Source: an uncultured Pseudobdellovibrionaceae bacterium (GTDB taxonomy: Bacteria; Bdellovibrionota; Bdellovibrionia; Bdellovibrionales; UBA1609). Taken from it: a stretch of DNA of 64,000 nt. Positions 8,634 through 18,145 of this stretch are shown one piece after another (position 1 is the stretch's first letter; each line of letters begins with the position of its first letter). The stretch lies in assembly GCA_964502735.1 (NCBI GenBank), contig CAZCYD010000002.1:74218-138217 (forward strand), read 5' to 3'. The position numbers and the translations under genes were made by a program. The notes beneath the pieces are model-generated. The model was not told the origin of the DNA. It was given only the letters and a program-made list of their open reading frames with translations, and did not search any database.

Positions 8634-9992
8634 ATGATAAGAATATTTGTGGTGTTTTTATTTGTCTCGTCTGTATCTTTTGCTACACAGATACAAAAAG
8701 ATTATTCAAAACAAATTGAGTTTCCAGTTAAAGAGTTTAAATTAGACAACGGGTTAACCATTCTGGTTCACGAAGACTTTTCTACTCCCCTTGTGAGTTT
8801 TCATCAGTGGTACAGAGTGGGTTCAAGGAATGAAAAACCAGGTATGACGGGGATAGCACATTTTTTTGAACACTTAATGTTTAAGGGTACAAAAAAGTTC
8901 TCAAGTGATGATTTTGAAAACTTAATCCAATCAAACGGTGGAACAAATAATGCTTTTACCTCTTACGATTACACAGGTTATTACGTAGATTTGCCAGCAT
9001 CGAAAATTGAAATTATTTTTCAAATGGAAAGCGACAGAATGACAAACCTTCTGTTTGATCCCGTGAGTATTCAAAGTGAGAGAGAGGTTGTTAAGGAGGA
9101 AAGACGGTTCCGACTTGAAAATAGAGTTGAAGGTTATTTATCTGAAGCCACGTTTGCATCTGTTTTCAAAGTTCACCCTTATAGATGGCCGGTAATTGGG
9201 TATATGGAGGATTTGAACTCAATAACCTTAGAGCAGTTTCAAGATTTTTATAGGACGTACTACTCACCAAACAACTCGATTTTAGTTGTGGCAGGAGCTG
9301 TAAATTTCGATAAAATTAAAAAACTTGCAACAAAATATTACGGTAAAATTCCTTCGCAAATAATTCCAGAGTCTATTTTTCCTGAAGAGCCCGAACAAAA
9401 AGAGAAGAGAACTGTAGTTTTGGAAAAGGAAATTCAAAACCCTTATTTTAGTTTGGCTTATAAAGCCGTTGAGGCTGGCCATAAAGATCAATACGCCTTT
9501 GATTTGCTTTCTAACATATTGAGCGAGGGGAGTTCGAGCCGACTTTACAAAAGAATGGTGTATCAAGAACAAATTGTGTCTTCCATTTACTCATACGCAT
9601 ATACCCCGGCAAACAAAGGTTTATTTAATATTACAGCTTCAGTAAAGCCTAAGGCGAATATTAATGCCGCCATTAGGTCTGCTTATTCTGAAGTTGAAAA
9701 ATTAAAAAGACATAAGGTTACGCCCAGGGAACTTGAAAAGGCAAAAAATCAAGTTGTTAAGTCTTATGTGGATGCCCTGAAAACTGTGTCGGGAAAGGCT
9801 AGGGCCATTGCATCCAATCAAATTTTATTTGGCGATTATAAAGTTATGTTTGAGGATATTAACAAGTATTTGCAAGTTACAGAAGATGATATTTACCGCG
9901 TAGCAAATACATACTTAAATGAAAGGAGAAGCACTGTAGTGAAGGTTATTCCACAAACAAAGAGTCATAAAGCGGCTAAATTAAGCAATTGA
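8634..9992 (+). CDS. M16 (pitrilysin-family) zinc peptidase, catalytically competent subunit
   Basis: Signal peptide and the inverted zinc motif HFFEHLMFKGT (HxxEH), in a 452-aa protein. Confidence 0.85.
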   Translation: MIRIFVVFLFVSSVSFATQIQKDYSKQIEFPVKEFKLDNGLTILVHEDFSTPLVSFHQWYRVGSRNEKPGMTGIAHFFEHLMFKGTKKFSSDDFENLIQSNGGTNNAFTSYDYTGYYVDLPASKIEIIFQMESDRMTNLLFDPVSIQSEREVVKEERRFRLENRVEGYLSEATFASVFKVHPYRWPVIGYMEDLNSITLEQFQDFYRTYYSPNNSILVVAGAVNFDKIKKLATKYYGKIPSQIIPESIFPEEPEQKEKRTVVLEKEIQNPYFSLAYKAVEAGHKDQYAFDLLSNILSEGSSSRLYKRMVYQEQIVSSIYSYAYTPANKGLFNITASVKPKANINAAIRSAYSEVEKLKRHKVTPRELEKAKNQVVKSYVDALKTVSGKARAIASNQILFGDYKVMFEDINKYLQVTEDDIYRVANTYLNERRSTVVKVIPQTKSHKAAKLSN

Positions 9993-10076
9993 ATTGAGGA
10001 TGGGTAGAGAGTAATTAGGGGTAAAGCAGTTAGATAAGACAATTTAGTGATTAAATTCAGTAATTAAGAGGGTCCG

Positions 10077-11465
10077 ATGAAATTTTTTAGAATAGTAACA
10101 TTTTTTATTTTTTTAACCTTTTTTACATCCTGTTCCACGACAAAAGACAGCAATTATCAACTAAGAAAGTATGAAGAAGCAGAACTTTCAAACGGTTTAA
10201 AGTTGCTTTTAGTTAAGGATTCTTCTCTGCCTTATTTCAGCATGCAAATGATGATTAAAACTGGAGGGGTTCAAGATCCTGTGAATCGCACAGGATTGGC
10301 AAATCTTGTGGCAAAATTATTAAATAAATCTACAAAAAATTATTCAGCTCTTGAGATTGCAGATATCATTGGTCAAATGGGAGGGGAGTTTAGGGCCTCG
10401 GTGAGCGATGACTTTACTTCCATAAGTTCGAGTACACTTTCAGAGCATAGGGCTCAGCTGATCAATACTTTTTCTGAAATTATATTGACTCCAACCTTTT
10501 CTGAAGTAGAGGTTCAACGACAGAAAAAACAGGTAACTTCAGAAATTCAGAAGTTGGTTGATAACCCTCAAGGCTTTGCTTCTGTAGCCTACTCTACATT
10601 TATATACGGTGCTCATCCTTACGGCAGAAGTGTTTTAGGTACCATAAAAGATATCGGGGCCATCAAAAGGTCCGACATTTTAAATTTTTATGATCAGTAC
10701 TATCGCCCCAATAATGCCATACTAGCCATTACAGGTGATTTTGACGAAAGCATTTTGCAAGATATAACCAAGGCATTTTCATCTTGGAAGAGGAAGCCTG
10801 TTGAATCAGTTGACTACCCACTTTTTCCTCAGATATCAGGGGTAAATATTAAGCTAATCGACAAAACTGACTTGGCTCAAACTCAAATTCGTATTGGTCA
10901 TAAAGCCATTAAAAGAGACAACCCTGATTACCTCAAGTTGCGTCTGGCCAGTGTCATACTTGGAGGGGGGTTCTCCAGTCGTTTGATGACTAGAGTCCGA
11001 AAAGAAAGAGGACTCACCTATAGTATTAGTTCTTCATTTGGCGCAGAAAAGGATTATGGAGCTTTTACAGTATCCACCTTTACAAGACACGAAAAGGTGG
11101 GAGAGACCGTAGCTGAAACACTTGCGGTTTTAAAGAGGGTTAAGGACGAAGGGATTTCAAGAGCTGAACTTGACTCAGCAAAAGCTTTAATCAAAGGGAC
11201 ATTTCCTCGGGCTATAGAGACAGCAGAAAGCTTTTCAAACAATCTATTGTTGCTGAGACTTTATGGGATTGGGGACGACTATCTACGCGACTATTACAAA
11301 AATATTGACGCAATTAATTTAAAAGATGTGAATTCTGCAATAGAAAAATACTTAGACCCAGATAATTTAAAAATTTTAGTTTATGCTCCAAAAAAATCAA
11401 CAGAAGAGCAATTAAGACCAATCGGGAAAGTTGAGGTCGAGGATTTTAAAAAGTTTATTCAATAA
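10077..11465 (+). CDS. M16-family peptidase-like lipoprotein lacking the HxxEH motif (probable non-catalytic partner)
   Basis: Same fold and length (462 aa), but the equivalent site reads GLANLVAKLLNKST. Lipobox-like FFTSC. Confidence 0.75.
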   Translation: MKFFRIVTFFIFLTFFTSCSTTKDSNYQLRKYEEAELSNGLKLLLVKDSSLPYFSMQMMIKTGGVQDPVNRTGLANLVAKLLNKSTKNYSALEIADIIGQMGGEFRASVSDDFTSISSSTLSEHRAQLINTFSEIILTPTFSEVEVQRQKKQVTSEIQKLVDNPQGFASVAYSTFIYGAHPYGRSVLGTIKDIGAIKRSDILNFYDQYYRPNNAILAITGDFDESILQDITKAFSSWKRKPVESVDYPLFPQISGVNIKLIDKTDLAQTQIRIGHKAIKRDNPDYLKLRLASVILGGGFSSRLMTRVRKERGLTYSISSSFGAEKDYGAFTVSTFTRHEKVGETVAETLAVLKRVKDEGISRAELDSAKALIKGTFPRAIETAESFSNNLLLLRLYGIGDDYLRDYYKNIDAINLKDVNSAIEKYLDPDNLKILVYAPKKSTEEQLRPIGKVEVEDFKKFIQ

Positions 11466-11472
11466 TATCAGA

Positions 11473-11502
11473 CTTGATGATTTTATACGTGGATTTGGGT
11501 TA
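11473..11502. repeat. Degenerate half-copy of the REP-like family
   Basis: CTTGATGATTTTATACGTGGATTTGGGTTA compared with the archetype CTTGACGCATTTTATACGCAGATTTGGGTAA at 37125-37155. It lies between convergent genes. Confidence 0.5.
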
Positions 11503-11508
11503 TCAGAT

Positions 11509-12198
11509 TCACTTTTTGAGTCTGATTATTAGGAAACCAATAATTACAACAAGCCCAACGGCAATATAGGTGATCAATTTTTTGTCGGGTGGAAGTTTGT
11601 CAGCTTCATTCAACCAGTTCGGCAAATCCGTATCAGGTTGTGAGGTTAGACTACTCTTGGTTTGGAGTTCCTGGTCAAGAGGGGACCTGTTATTCTTACT
11701 GGCTGCATTGTCTACAAATCTAATTGTTTTAATAATTTCATCTAGAGTGAGCTTGTATTTTTGATATCGAGATTGATGGTAATTGAGTTCAATTCCAATA
11801 GCTAAGTCCCCGACAAGTGTGACTAAGTACTCGGTAAAGTAGTTTTGAGACACAGAATTTAAGTGAACAGCTTTTACCCAGTCTTTATTAGCTATAGAAA
11901 TCTTCTCAGCAGAGTAGACTCTTGATAGCGCATTATTTCCAGTAGCATTGATTAGGGGCAGAGGATTTTTAAGACTTTCATAGAAGGTTTCCATATTGTC
12001 GGCTCTGCCAGCGAGCTTAGCTTTAATAACAAGAAAAGATTCTTTTGTTTCAGCAGAATTTGTACTTCTGCATACCCAAGCGGTTTGTTCTTGTTGGCAG
12101 GCCCAACCCTTTGGCTCTTGAAGTCTGACGTAGCTAGTCTCTAGGGCGAAGGTTGTATGGGTTGTAGCAAGTGTTAAAAGTAAAATAAAAAATGGCAT
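11509..12198 (-). CDS. Exported, C-terminally membrane-anchored hypothetical protein (paralog B)
   Basis: Signal peptide, the motif P.GW.C.....T.W.C.S shared with the upstream gene, and a C-terminal TM helix followed by a basic tail (RLKK). Confidence 0.6.
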   Translation of the reverse strand: MPFFILLLTLATTHTTFALETSYVRLQEPKGWACQQEQTAWVCRSTNSAETKESFLVIKAKLAGRADNMETFYESLKNPLPLINATGNNALSRVYSAEKISIANKDWVKAVHLNSVSQNYFTEYLVTLVGDLAIGIELNYHQSRYQKYKLTLDEIIKTIRFVDNAASKNNRSPLDQELQTKSSLTSQPDTDLPNWLNEADKLPPDKKLITYIAVGLVVIIGFLIIRLKK

Positions 12199-12200
12199 TA

Positions 12201-12935
12201 TTATTTTCTCACTTTGCGTTTCTTTAATAAATAAAAACCAACTGCAAAGAGAATTAAAGCTATAGCTAGAGCTTTGGTTTGGGCATCAGATAAGCCAGAG
12301 GTGTTTTCCTCTGGAAAGCCGTCTCCAATAGGGTTTAGAGGATCGGAGAGTGAAGCGCCATAAGTTCCTGACATGGGATTGGCTCCACCACCAGGCCTTG
12401 CTGTTCCGGCGAGTCCTTGTTGGAGCTGGGGCGGAGTTACCCTAAGGCTTTGTATTGCTTTAAAAAAATCGTGAGAGTATTTAGTGTAATGCTCTTTGTG
12501 TCCGCTGAAGGTAACAAGAATAGCAATTTGATCCTTTGTGGTGGCAAGATAACGAGTGTAATAGTTGTCAACTTCTGCATTGATATGAAGTCCATCTACC
12601 CAGGGGTGACCATTTATTTGAACTTTTTTAACAGTATAGACATGAGAACTAATTTGTTTTCCCGTTTTGGTAGTAAAGGGTCGCTTTTCTTTTAAGTAGG
12701 CTTCATATTGAGCCAAAGTGTCAGTAGGTCCCTTCTCCTTAGCCGTTAAGACAATCATGGCTTCTTTTACTTTTTGATTGTACTTGCTTACGCAGTACCA
12801 TTCAGTAACCTCAGTTTTGCATTGCCAATGAGGGGGGAGTTCAAAACTTAGATAGGAGTTTTTAAATAATTCGCAGTGGCCATAATGTGGTAGTAATAAA
12901 ATCACGAGCCAGATGGAATAGATAAGTTTGTGCAT
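12201..12935 (-). CDS. Exported, C-terminally membrane-anchored hypothetical protein (paralog A)
   Basis: Signal peptide, LPPHWQCKTEVTEWYCVS, a Gly/Pro-rich linker, and a C-terminal TM helix plus KKRKVRK. A 2-nt gap separates it from paralog B. Confidence 0.6.
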   Translation of the reverse strand: MHKLIYSIWLVILLLPHYGHCELFKNSYLSFELPPHWQCKTEVTEWYCVSKYNQKVKEAMIVLTAKEKGPTDTLAQYEAYLKEKRPFTTKTGKQISSHVYTVKKVQINGHPWVDGLHINAEVDNYYTRYLATTKDQIAILVTFSGHKEHYTKYSHDFFKAIQSLRVTPPQLQQGLAGTARPGGGANPMSGTYGASLSDPLNPIGDGFPEENTSGLSDAQTKALAIALILFAVGFYLLKKRKVRK

Positions 12936-13017
12936 GCTTAGCTCTCCGCATAATTTCTAAATATCACTAAGTTTATCTTAATAGGGGGTACTTAGAGAAA
13001 CTATTCTTAACCTTGTT

Positions 13018-14748
13018 TCAATTTGAGACAGGAAAGCCAGATAAAAGTATGGTTTTTTTTATTAAAAGAGGAGAAAGTGCATCAATATATCGACTCGACT
13101 GAGAGTACTCTTGTAAATCAGGGTTATATGCACCACTTTGAGTCAGTATCATCTTGACCTCTGACAAAGTTAAGTGGGGTTGTTGGCTCCAAACAAGTGC
13201 CGCAATTCCCGCAACCAGTGGAGAGGCCATAGATGTGCCGTAGAGTCCTTGGATAAGGATTTCAGCTGGGTTTTTAGCATAACTAGAAAAAAGAGGGAGT
13301 TCGCTGTCACCTCCTGGAGCGATAACTGTTACGGAGTTGGCACCGTAGTTCGAATAGGGAGCCAATAGTAAGCTGTGGCTAGATCTTGCAGCGACAGAAA
13401 TTATATTTTGATTTTGTAAGGAGGAGGGGTAGTTGGGAGTAAGGTCTGTATTCACCGGTAAACTAAAAAATGGGTCTCCATTTCCGGCAGCCACTGTCAA
13501 CAATACATTTTTAGATTCGGCATACTCGACAGCCTCGATAAGTAAAGGGTGAGCTTCGTCATAGGTCCCAAAGGAGAGGTTGATTATGTTGGCTCCAGCA
13601 TCTACCGAATAGTAGATGGCCCCGACTATACTGGCTAGGTCACCACCAAAGGGGCTCATAGCTTTAACAGCGAGATATTTTGACTCATTGGCTATACCAA
13701 ATGTAGAGGCTGCAGCTAACCCTGTGACATGACTCCCATGTCCTTCGTCGTCAAATGGAAAGGGGTCGGTATTTACAAAATCATAGCCCAAATAGTCGTC
13801 TACAAAGCCGTTGTCATCATCATCAATTTGGTTATTGGGAATCTCATTCTCGTTTATAAAGAGATTGGACGATAGATCTGGATGATTGTAGTTAACTCCA
13901 CTGTCAATAATGGCAATCAGTTGACCTTGTCCTCTTGAAATTTGCCAGGCTTCTTTAGCCTTCAACTCTTTTAGATGGTGAAATAAAGAGAGATCTGTAG
14001 ACTTGGATGCACCTTCTTGAATCTTTGAAGGAAGAATATAATTTTCATTTTTTGTTACGCTGAATGTTTTGCTCTCAAGAGTGCAAAAATTATTCTCATC
14101 TTGTGAAAGAAGGGACACCGTTATAAGCCCAAGTGCATCTGGGGTAAACTTCAGATTTTTACCTGTAGTTATTGTATTTTCCTGCCTAGAGTTTTTAGGA
14201 CTCTCAATAGCCCAGGCATGCCTAAGAGTTCGGTTTTCAACAAGTTCCTTTGCTTTAAAATCAATTGTTGTGCCAAGCTCTACCGTGTCAGTTTGATTTG
14301 CGCTCATAACGAGGATTTTTGCAAAAGGAGTGGTTTGATTATTTTTACAGTCGGAGGGCTGGGGAGCTAAATCTGAAATTCGCGTTGCGAGTTTCTCAAA
14401 GTGTTTTATGGCAATGTCGCTTGTGGTTTTATCTCTTAGATTTTGTGATTGAAAAAAAATATTGTGATACACATTTTCTTTTCTGGTGACGGCAATAATT
14501 TGATCTTGAGTTAACCCATATATTTCGTAAATATGGTGACTTGCATTGACAACTCTTATCTGGCTCTCCGGATATTTCGAGACAAGTTTTGCTATTTGCT
14601 CTTGACGAAGATTATTGACCACCCACCCGACTTGAGCTTGGTTTGTCGGTGCGCGGGTTTGAATCTGTTCTGGGCGAATCACCAACTTGTGATCACAGGC
14701 CGAGATGAATAACCCTAATAGAAAGACCCAGTAGTGTGAGTTTATCAT
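13018..14748 (-). CDS. Subtilisin-like serine protease (S8), lipoprotein-type signal
   Basis: Catalytic triad motifs IAIIDSGV (Asp), GHGSHVTG (His) and GTSMASPLVAG (Ser). N-terminal FISAC lipobox. Confidence 0.9.
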   Translation of the reverse strand: MINSHYWVFLLGLFISACDHKLVIRPEQIQTRAPTNQAQVGWVVNNLRQEQIAKLVSKYPESQIRVVNASHHIYEIYGLTQDQIIAVTRKENVYHNIFFQSQNLRDKTTSDIAIKHFEKLATRISDLAPQPSDCKNNQTTPFAKILVMSANQTDTVELGTTIDFKAKELVENRTLRHAWAIESPKNSRQENTITTGKNLKFTPDALGLITVSLLSQDENNFCTLESKTFSVTKNENYILPSKIQEGASKSTDLSLFHHLKELKAKEAWQISRGQGQLIAIIDSGVNYNHPDLSSNLFINENEIPNNQIDDDDNGFVDDYLGYDFVNTDPFPFDDEGHGSHVTGLAAASTFGIANESKYLAVKAMSPFGGDLASIVGAIYYSVDAGANIINLSFGTYDEAHPLLIEAVEYAESKNVLLTVAAGNGDPFFSLPVNTDLTPNYPSSLQNQNIISVAARSSHSLLLAPYSNYGANSVTVIAPGGDSELPLFSSYAKNPAEILIQGLYGTSMASPLVAGIAALVWSQQPHLTLSEVKMILTQSGAYNPDLQEYSQSSRYIDALSPLLIKKTILLSGFPVSN

Positions 14749-14834
14749 ATTCTCCCCCCTCCCCCGAAGAGTGAGCTTTGGAGACAGAGACTACCTCAAT
14801 GAATAAATTTATTACAATTTAAAGTAATTTTTGC

Positions 14835-14859
14835 ACAACATAAGAGGAGCTTATGTTGT
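14835..14859. promoter_or_regulatory. Perfect 10-bp inverted repeat with a 5-bp spacer containing T-N11-A (candidate LysR-type operator)
   Basis: ACAACATAAG-AGGAG-CTTATGTTGT. T14841 and A14853 frame 11 nt. It lies between the divergent S8 protease and LysR genes. Confidence 0.45.
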
Positions 14860-14995
14860 TAAATTAACGAGTGATATCAGGATATTGAGAAAAAAGTTGG
14901 AAAAACCTGATAGTTTTTTTCAGATATGTAAGAATAATTTTCACTATTGCAAGGCGTTAGTTCCGTATGAATTGGAAAAAAGGTATATTGGCTTG

Positions 14996-15901
14996 GTGAA
15001 TTTACAGCAATTAACTACATTTTGTACCGTCCTCAATGAGGGGAGTATGACTGCCGCAGCAGACAAACTCTATTTGACGCAACCTGCGGTTAGCCAGCAA
15101 ATTAGAAGTCTAGAAGAAGAACTCAATACGGCCTTACTAGTTAGGGGAGTTCGACAAGTTAAAGCGACAATGCAGGGACAGCTTCTTTACGACTATGCGA
15201 AGAAGATTCTCCATTTAACACAACAAGCAGAAGTGGCCGTGCAAACTATGTCGCAGCAAGTTTCTGGTAATCTCAACATTGGTACCGAAAACTCATTAGG
15301 GCTCTATATGATTAGCCCAATAATCGGCATGTTCTTAAAGCACAACTCAAATCTCAAGATCAAGCTGGTTTACGGCTCATATCAGGAAATTTTGCGTAAA
15401 ATGCGGGAAGGCTCCGTGGACTTAACAGTTCTTCCTGAGATCACAACTGGTGACAGTCAAGATTTAAAACAATTTGAAAGTCGATTTTTGTTAAAAGATC
15501 AGATGGTTTTGGTAGGGGCTGGTCGCGACAGCTCATTACCCATAAAAATCGAGATAAAAGATCTTAATATTAAGCCCATAATCCTTTATTCGGAAATGTA
15601 TAAAAAGTTTCATGATGATTTGAATCAAAAAATTAGAGAAAATAATTTGTTTATTAAACCTACATTTGAGTCTGATAATGTGGGGACTCTTAAGAGAGTT
15701 ATTGAGTCGGGATTGGGTTGGGGATTTATGCCCGAGCATAGTATTCGCAAACAATTGAGATCAGGAAGGTTAACTCAGGTTCAAGTGGATGAAATTAGTG
15801 GTTTAACAAATATCAATATGTATTTTAAATCTACGGCTGAATACAAGAAAATTGCAGATGTATTTTACAGGGCTATTCAGCAGCAAGCCATTAGTAAGTA
15901 A
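14996..15901 (+). CDS. LysR-family transcriptional regulator
   Basis: The HTH region NLQQLTTFCTVLNEGSMTAAADKLYLTQPAVSQQIRSLE sits at the very N-terminus if GTG 14996 is used. The track start 14831 would add 55 atypical residues. Confidence 0.85.
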   Translation: MNLQQLTTFCTVLNEGSMTAAADKLYLTQPAVSQQIRSLEEELNTALLVRGVRQVKATMQGQLLYDYAKKILHLTQQAEVAVQTMSQQVSGNLNIGTENSLGLYMISPIIGMFLKHNSNLKIKLVYGSYQEILRKMREGSVDLTVLPEITTGDSQDLKQFESRFLLKDQMVLVGAGRDSSLPIKIEIKDLNIKPIILYSEMYKKFHDDLNQKIRENNLFIKPTFESDNVGTLKRVIESGLGWGFMPEHSIRKQLRSGRLTQVQVDEISGLTNINMYFKSTAEYKKIADVFYRAIQQQAISK

Positions 15902-15919
15902 GTAGTGATATTCAAATCT

Positions 15920-16762
15920 CTATAAAATCACACCGAATGGAATTCCTTGGCGCGAGGCTACGATTTTAATAATCTCGGCGGCAGTTTCTTCAAGAGCTCT
16001 ATCTGTAACATTAAACACGGGCCATCTACGATTCTGTTTGTAGACACTTAATGCATAATCTATTTCTTGGCTGATGTGACTTAGGCTTGCATATTCACCA
16101 GCCGGGTCTTGACCGAACTTTTCTAGACGTTTTCTTCTAATTCTCAATAAACTATCTGTATCGATTATAAGTCCTACTATTTTTTTCTGATCAATTTTGA
16201 AAATTTCGTCGGGCAATTTTTGATTATACACCAAGGGAATATTGGCAACTTTCCAACCCTTATGTGATAAAAAAATGGAAAGGGGAGTTTTGCTAGTTCG
16301 ACTTATGCCGACTAGGACAATGTCTGCCATGTCAAGATCCGTAAGTAGTTTCCCATCGTCATGTTTAACGGTGTATTCAATGGCTTCAATTCTTTTAAAA
16401 TAGCGCTCATCTACAGAGCGAAGGAGTCCCGCTCTTTTTGTTGAGTTATCTTCTCCAAAGTAGAGATTAAGATCTTCAAGAATTGGTCCCAATAAGTCTA
16501 TGTGTAAGATTCCCTTGTTAGCGCAAGACTCCTTAATTTTTAAACGAAGCCCTTCGCTAACAACGGTGTGAACGACAAGGCCTTGATTGACAAAAACTTG
16601 CTCGACAGCACTATCTACCTGCTCTTCAGTTCGTATATTTTTGCAGCGAATGATATTGGCATTAATATTGGGGTATTGAACCAATGCTGCCCGAATCATT
16701 GTCATAGCGGTTTCACCAGTGCCGTCTGAAATTATGTAAATTGTCTTGTCAGAATTTGTCAT
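15920..16762 (-). CDS. ppsR: Pyruvate,phosphate dikinase / PEP synthase regulatory protein (bifunctional kinase-pyrophosphorylase, DUF299)
   Basis: IYIISDGTGETA at the N-terminus and the P-loop GISRTSKTPLS, in a 280-aa protein. Confidence 0.85.
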   Translation of the reverse strand: MTNSDKTIYIISDGTGETAMTMIRAALVQYPNINANIIRCKNIRTEEQVDSAVEQVFVNQGLVVHTVVSEGLRLKIKESCANKGILHIDLLGPILEDLNLYFGEDNSTKRAGLLRSVDERYFKRIEAIEYTVKHDDGKLLTDLDMADIVLVGISRTSKTPLSIFLSHKGWKVANIPLVYNQKLPDEIFKIDQKKIVGLIIDTDSLLRIRRKRLEKFGQDPAGEYASLSHISQEIDYALSVYKQNRRWPVFNVTDRALEETAAEIIKIVASRQGIPFGVIL

Positions 16763-17260
16763 TTAAATAATGTGCGCCTGTTTTTGATTGGGAACAAGTG
16801 TAATATCAGCGGTTAAGTTTTTATCTGGCCACAGACTCATAAAATCAACAATAGGAAAATTAACAGGAAGAAATATTCTAAAATTAGGTTTAAGTAGTTT
16901 TTTCCACACTTCAAAAATGCTTTCTACCCATTTCTGGAAATCATTGTCGTAGATAGGCACAATAACTATCATTTTACATGGTAAAAACTTTTCACAAGAG
17001 ATCATTCTAAGTGTCGAAGTTTTATTGTGGGCCCTTAGCTCCATATTGTACTCTTGAAGAAAACTAATAAACTCAGGAGTAACTTGAACGGGTTTGTGAC
17101 TTTCAGTTTTAGAAATTAGAAAATTCAAATACCAGTCTAATTTTTTTTTCCAATCGGACTCATGACCCTGGGGCATTATCCAAAGGGTCGAGCCAGGTCC
17201 TAGTGCTCCAGTTTGAAATAGAGTTTGTGGACCTTTTTGTGGTATAAAATTCTCACTCAT
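16763..17260 (-). CDS. Hypothetical protein (165 aa from ATG 17260)
   Basis: ORF 16763..17299. The internal ATG 17260 gives an 8-nt ATGAGTGA overlap with the nusB stop. No motif recognised. Confidence 0.5.
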   Translation of the reverse strand: MSENFIPQKGPQTLFQTGALGPGSTLWIMPQGHESDWKKKLDWYLNFLISKTESHKPVQVTPEFISFLQEYNMELRAHNKTSTLRMISCEKFLPCKMIVIVPIYDNDFQKWVESIFEVWKKLLKPNFRIFLPVNFPIVDFMSLWPDKNLTADITLVPNQKQAHII

Positions 17261-17693
17261 ACTGAGGGGAGTCCTTGGCGGCTTGATCCAAAATGCCATT
17301 TATAAAACTGGCAGAGTCTTCAGATCCAAATTTTTTCGCTATTTCTACGGCTTCATTAATTATGACACTAATGGGTACTTCGTTAGAAAGGTATTTAATT
17401 TCTACAATGGCAAAACGGAGGATGTTTTTATCAACGCCTCCCATTCTTGCGAGGGTCCAGTTTCGACTTAAAGACTGTATGGTTTCATCAATTTGAGAGG
17501 CTTTCTGATCGTAATGTTTAGCAATTTTCTCTGAAAATTCATAAACTTCGGGTTCAATGGCAAAAATACTTTTTAGACGATTTAAGGACTCCAGCAGACT
17601 CTGGCATTTAATGTAGTCTTGCTGAAAAAGGGCTTGTAAAATGAGTTCTCTAGATTGTCTTCTTTTGGAACTCTTAGTGTTTGAAAAATTCAT
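17253..17693 (-). CDS. nusB: Transcription antitermination factor NusB
   Basis: RRQSRELILQALFQ and the AIVEIKYL...P..V.INEAVE.AK.F pattern, in a 146-aa protein. Confidence 0.85.
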   Translation of the reverse strand: MNFSNTKSSKRRQSRELILQALFQQDYIKCQSLLESLNRLKSIFAIEPEVYEFSEKIAKHYDQKASQIDETIQSLSRNWTLARMGGVDKNILRFAIVEIKYLSNEVPISVIINEAVEIAKKFGSEDSASFINGILDQAAKDSPQYE

Positions 17694-18145
17694 ACTTGAG
17701 TTGTGCTTTCAGATTCAAGAGTTTTAACAAATTCATGAATATCTTTAAATGTTTTGTAGACACTGGCAAATCTCACATAAGCCACGTCGTCAGTTTTTCT
17801 AAGCTCTTCCATAACCCAATGCCCTATTCTTGTCGAGTGAATCTCGTTTTCTTGATTATCTACAACTTTTTGACAAATTCGCTCAACAATAGACTCAATT
17901 TTTGGTAGAGAGACATCTCTTTTCATACAGGCAAGTTGTAAGCCTCTACGGAGTTTACTTTTGTCAAAAGGTTCTCGTCGCCCATCTTTTTTAATGACAT
18001 GAGGGAGGCTCTTTAAAATAATTTCCAGGGTTGTAAAGCGATTTTTACATTCGAGGCACTCTCTACGCCTGCGAATACCTCCATCTTTTTGAATTCTTGT
18101 ATCTAAAACTCGGTTGTTGTCGTTTTCGCAGCTAGGACATTTCAT
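17690..18145 (-). CDS. nrdR: Transcriptional repressor NrdR (zinc ribbon + ATP-cone)
   Basis: MKCPSCENDNNRVLDTR...RRRRECLECKNRFTT zinc ribbon followed by an ATP-cone region, 151 aa. Confidence 0.9.
   Translation of the reverse strand: MKCPSCENDNNRVLDTRIQKDGGIRRRRECLECKNRFTTLEIILKSLPHVIKKDGRREPFDKSKLRRGLQLACMKRDVSLPKIESIVERICQKVVDNQENEIHSTRIGHWVMEELRKTDDVAYVRFASVYKTFKDIHEFVKTLESESTTQV

Noticed and set aside
14831-14995. 55-residue N-terminal extension of the LysR regulator given by the ORF track
   Set aside because: LysR-family proteins begin with the HTH within the first ~10 residues. GTG 14996 places MNLQQLTTF... at the N-terminus. The extension would also overlap the candidate operator dyad.
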